A DNA stretch of 62,419 bases, the filler included, from Catajapyx aquilonaris (taxonomy: Eukaryota), in assembly GCA_000934665.2 (NCBI GenBank). It is 2 parts of 2 records of this genome, joined end to end, with 100 filler letters (N's around TTAATTAATTAA, not from the genome) between each part and the next. Parts side by side here need not be neighbours in the genome. Positions count along the whole stretch, not along the records: positions 31,118 to 62,419 come from JYFJ02004604.1; 1 more part is not named here. One strand, 5' to 3'. The position numbers and the translations under genes were made by a program. The notes beneath the pieces are model-generated. The model was not told the DNA's origin. It made no database searches and saw nothing but the letters and a program-made list of their open reading frames with translations. Each line of letters begins with the position of its first letter. The stretch's first letter is position 1. This document shows, piece by piece, positions 58,726-62,419 of the stretch.

Positions 58726-61700
58726 ATCGGACTCTTCATACTCCAAAAATTTTAAATGTGCTCATACTCCACTCAAATTCCTTGCTATTTCCTTCTGCCA
58801 AGAAAACTCCATCACATATATCCCTTCTTCGATCTGACCAAAACCCGCCAATATCCCATCAGATGACCACATCCTGACTTTGAAACCCCCTCCACGACCC
58901 CTATCGCCTGAAGGGCCCACCTTCCCCACAATTCCGTGGTAATACCCCCCCCCCCCCCCGCCAGTGCCCAGGAGAAATAAATATGATCCTCTAGGATTCC
59001 CTGGAATTCTCCCTTCCTGATTCTCTCTCTCCTCTGGCCTCTGCAGATTCCCGGAGTGATTTTCCAAAACGCGGCTGGGAAAGGGAGAGAAAAGCGACCC
59101 CTGCAACAAGCTCGGCAGATAAAAGCATTAAATGAACTTTGTGTAGGCCTAGGCAGCAAAAGACCCTGTGCTTGCAGATAGGGAAAGCTGTAAGAGCTTT
59201 GTAGGACATACAGAGAAGGGGGGGTCTGTGTTTGTGCGAGGGGTTAATTTAGGAGTTTTCATGAAGATGGGCTGCCATGCAACAGGAGCATAATGGTGTT
59301 CATAACAGAGCCAAGTTTTCATTGGTAGTAAAATGTTAGGAGAGTCATAGCAGTTAAAGGGGTTGGATCGTGAGCTCAGCGTCTGTCTCCAAAGTGCAGG
59401 TACTCTCCTCCTCTAGGAAAAAGTTTCTGAAAACTAATAACAGCACATATTGACATTTGGAAGTCTTCCCCTGAAGTTGAAGCACCCTCCAGTATATATG
59501 CAGAATCAACATCAACATTGATCTTTCTTTCATGGTCGCAAATCCTCCTCAGATTACTGATCAGTCCACAAGATTAAAAAAATACATATATTTTGCAATA
59601 CGTACAGTATAAAAATAGGCTCTACTTTCATATCGAGAGACCACTTTTACCTACTTTTCTAAGCTTGTATCTGCTGAAAGATAGACGTGTATCAGCTGAA
59701 TAATGGGTGTGTATCCGCCTTGGAAGGAAATTAGCTCACGGGGTAGGTTGGTATAGCGTGCCCCTACCCCAGCCACCACCTGCCACATTCGGTCCCCCAA
59801 TATGAAAGTATTTCTTATATGTATGTAAGACCAAAACATATGATCATGTGATTAACAAATCTGGTATGTATACATAGCAGTACATTACACATGTCCACAG
59901 TTTGGGTAGGTGTTATTACATCGTTTTTTAAAGACATGCAACCTGTTGGCCTCTCTTTAAACTGGTTACTGCAATGTAATCCGTAACATTTCTTAATTAT
60001 CCACCTCCTTGATTGTGGATTGGTGACTTTGGTATTCTGTGCAGCACATAAACATACAGATTAGTATTGATCTATGAAACGTATACGTCCACATTGCTCC
60101 TCCACCTTTGTCATATCCTCTGCCTCCACCACTTCCCCCTCTCTATCACCAAGACCACCGGTTAGTTAGCTCCTATCTAAATATAAGCTGCGATCGCGCT
60201 TCACTGGACAAAGTCCGAAATAACATATTTTAAAAAATTTAAATACCCAAAATTTATGATTTTTAAAAGGTTTTGGTTGTGGATATGCATTTCATACGTA
60301 TGGCTAAGTCAAAGATCCAATTACTACTAAGACTGGAAATAAGGACCGAAAAGCACAGCAGCTAGTAATTCACAAAGGAAAAGCTCCGCCAGGCGGCAAT
60401 ACTTGTGGATATCCATTAATTTTCACCACTTTACATAAGAATTTCACAATATGATCAGCAAGTGCATCAGAAATGTGATGAATGACCTCCCTCTATACGT
60501 TCAACCATGCTCTGTATCCTGATCATCCAACTAAATACTAAGAAAACAAAGACTTAGCTTTCACTCCAAAGCCCCTTGATGTCCCCTCCAAAGGCTAATC
60601 GCAAATCACCCGCCGCCATTTCTAATGATGTCCCTCCCAACCTGATGTGATGGCTGTCCTGTATCTACAATAATTAATTCCCTGCAGCTCATCGATACAT
60701 ATACCACCGGATTTGTTTCGAAAAAAACCAGGGGCTTGGATTGAAACGAGGTGATGCGATGGGGAGTGAGGCCTATCAACTCCAGAGGCCCTGCTAGATT
60801 TACAGGGCCCGGCTGTTCCATGATTTGAAATGGAGTTGCAGCCTCGGGGGGTGCATTACCATCCACTGTCAGCAGGAACAGAAAAGTAACCAATTTAGGG
60901 GCGCGCACGCTCTAATATGACGTCATAAGCTCGTTAAAACCCGTCCCATGAGCGTGGAAATGTAGGGAGCGGCCTTGGTGACGTCGAATTACCCCCATTG
61001 AGTAATGGGAACCACCTCACCTCCCACTTTTTTTTAAGGCCTGGAAAATAAATGGCTTTAACACTGGAAAGCCTGATATTTTTATAATTGCACTTGAAGG
61101 CCTAACCAGCACGTATCAGGAGTTAAAACCGGGCTCAAAAAAGTTCATGGTGGAAAAGATCGTGCTTCACATCGTAAATAATGCATGGAGAAAAGTACGT
61201 GCTAATTCATAACCACCTGGTTGAGATCTCACAAAGAATTATTCATAAAAGGGCTGACAAAAAAATCACACTCAGTACTAACAGTTATTATGTGGCTCTG
61301 TACTGTCTAGCATTATAGCCATTGCATAGAAAGAGCTTGTGTAGTAAGTTTCAAAAATATAGAATTTTGTTTTGCAATTATTAATGGTGTTCAAGTCCCC
61401 TGGAGGTGGACACTACCTGACAAAAGGCATGGTGTGTCATTAGAAGCCCTTGGGTAAATATTAACCCAACGTTTCTGACACTGCGCACAAGCCCCATATT
61501 AGGAAGTAAGGGTACAGGAGTTTTGAATTACAAGAGTCAAGGACTTCATAGGTCATCTCGTTACATTGAAATGAGCAGCCCCTCCATTTAAGTTTAAATT
61601 ACATAAAGGTGAGGGTGCCTTTGTGGCTGGATGTATGGAATGTAGAGTGCGAGAAGTCGAGAACTGATATTGTATATAGTGGAACTAATGAGCTATAGCT

Positions 61701-61805
61701 TCTGAAATAGGAGTTGTCACGAATTGTCATTATTTTGTGTACATAATTATGAATGGGGAGAATTACTGAAATTATCCTTTAATTATTATTGGTATGTTTA
61801 AATTA

Positions 61806-62215
61806 CAGTTGAATCCGCATGTAACAGACTTCAAGAGACAGCAGAAAGGTATGTTATAGCCAAATTGTCACTTTTGCAACAAATACGTATAAAAGGTGTT
61901 CTGCTTTCCATATGCATATAATGCACACTAATACATACTAAATAATAATAATAATTAATCAAATGGATCAAAAATGTAGCTACCCTAAAATTATGCAGGA
62001 CCCAAAAAATCATAAATTTTCTTCTGGCACTGCTGCCGTCTCCTTTTTGTCAAATTGATACCAGAAAAGGCAGATTTTTCCACCTCGGGCACAATAAATT
62101 GTCTGTTATACCCGAGGTGAAGTATAAGTGACTCTGTTATAATTATCATGGAAGTTTGCCGGGACCAGTCTTTCGAGTATGTTATAACCGAGGCTGTTGT
62201 ATCTGAATTCAACTG
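61806..62215. mobile_element. pogo-like MITE, uninterrupted copy (410 bp)
   Basis: TA|CAGTTGAATCCGCATGTAACAG...CTGTTGTATCTGAATTCAACTG|TA. Confidence 0.88.
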
Positions 62216-62338
62216 TATTTTCAATTAACAATCTTGAGTAATAATATCGCCCAGCTCTACTAAATATGAAAACATTTCAGCTACTAATTGCTGCCTTCAA
62301 TAACTATCATTTACGATTGCTTTGGAAATAGTTACTTA

Positions 62339-62419
62339 GGGGCCGTCCATAATCCGCGCGGACAGATTTTTTCACTTTTTTACCTCCCCCCCTCCCCTTT
62401 GCGGACAGAAGCGGACAAT
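62339..62419 (+). mobile_element. Left end of a TWA-target MITE (Zator- or PIF/Harbinger-like), truncated by the window end
   Basis: TTA|GGGGCCGTCCATAATCCGCGCGGAC followed by T and C runs; only one end visible. Confidence 0.5.

Noticed and set aside
60606..60908. 100-aa minus-strand ORF with an internal acceptor-like site
   Set aside because: GTG start, no recognisable motif, no linked exons.

Overview
This is eukaryotic, arthropod-like genomic DNA made of two contigs joined by an artificial 100-nt spacer (N44-TTAATTAATTAA-N44, 31018-31117). The left contig (1-31017) carries the 5' part of an otoferlin (ferlin family) gene on +. Nine exon positions (7729-29107) splice in frame by hand and encode C2A, the linker, C2B and the start of FerI. 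The eighth position is present as two tandem 85-nt paralogous exons (28167-28251, 28528-28612) that can only be used one at a time and swap the top loop 3 region of C2B. This is the most notable observation. The last three exons of a clan-3 cytochrome P450 lie on - just after the last visible otoferlin exon, apparently nested in its intron, with the stop codon 116 nt from the otoferlin splice donor. There is also a candidate extra in-phase exon (22040/22122-22252), an 83-bp palindrome in intron 2 and a candidate Inr+DPE promoter. The right contig (31118-62419) has no recognisable gene. It is a mosaic of non-autonomous DNA transposons (Tc1/mariner-, pogo-, hAT-, Kolobok-, Helitron-like), tRNA-derived SINEs, nested insertions and mini/microsatellites. 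Almost all ORFs in the supplied track look spurious. No prokaryotic system or CRISPR array is present. Family calls rest on my motif recognition, not database searches.
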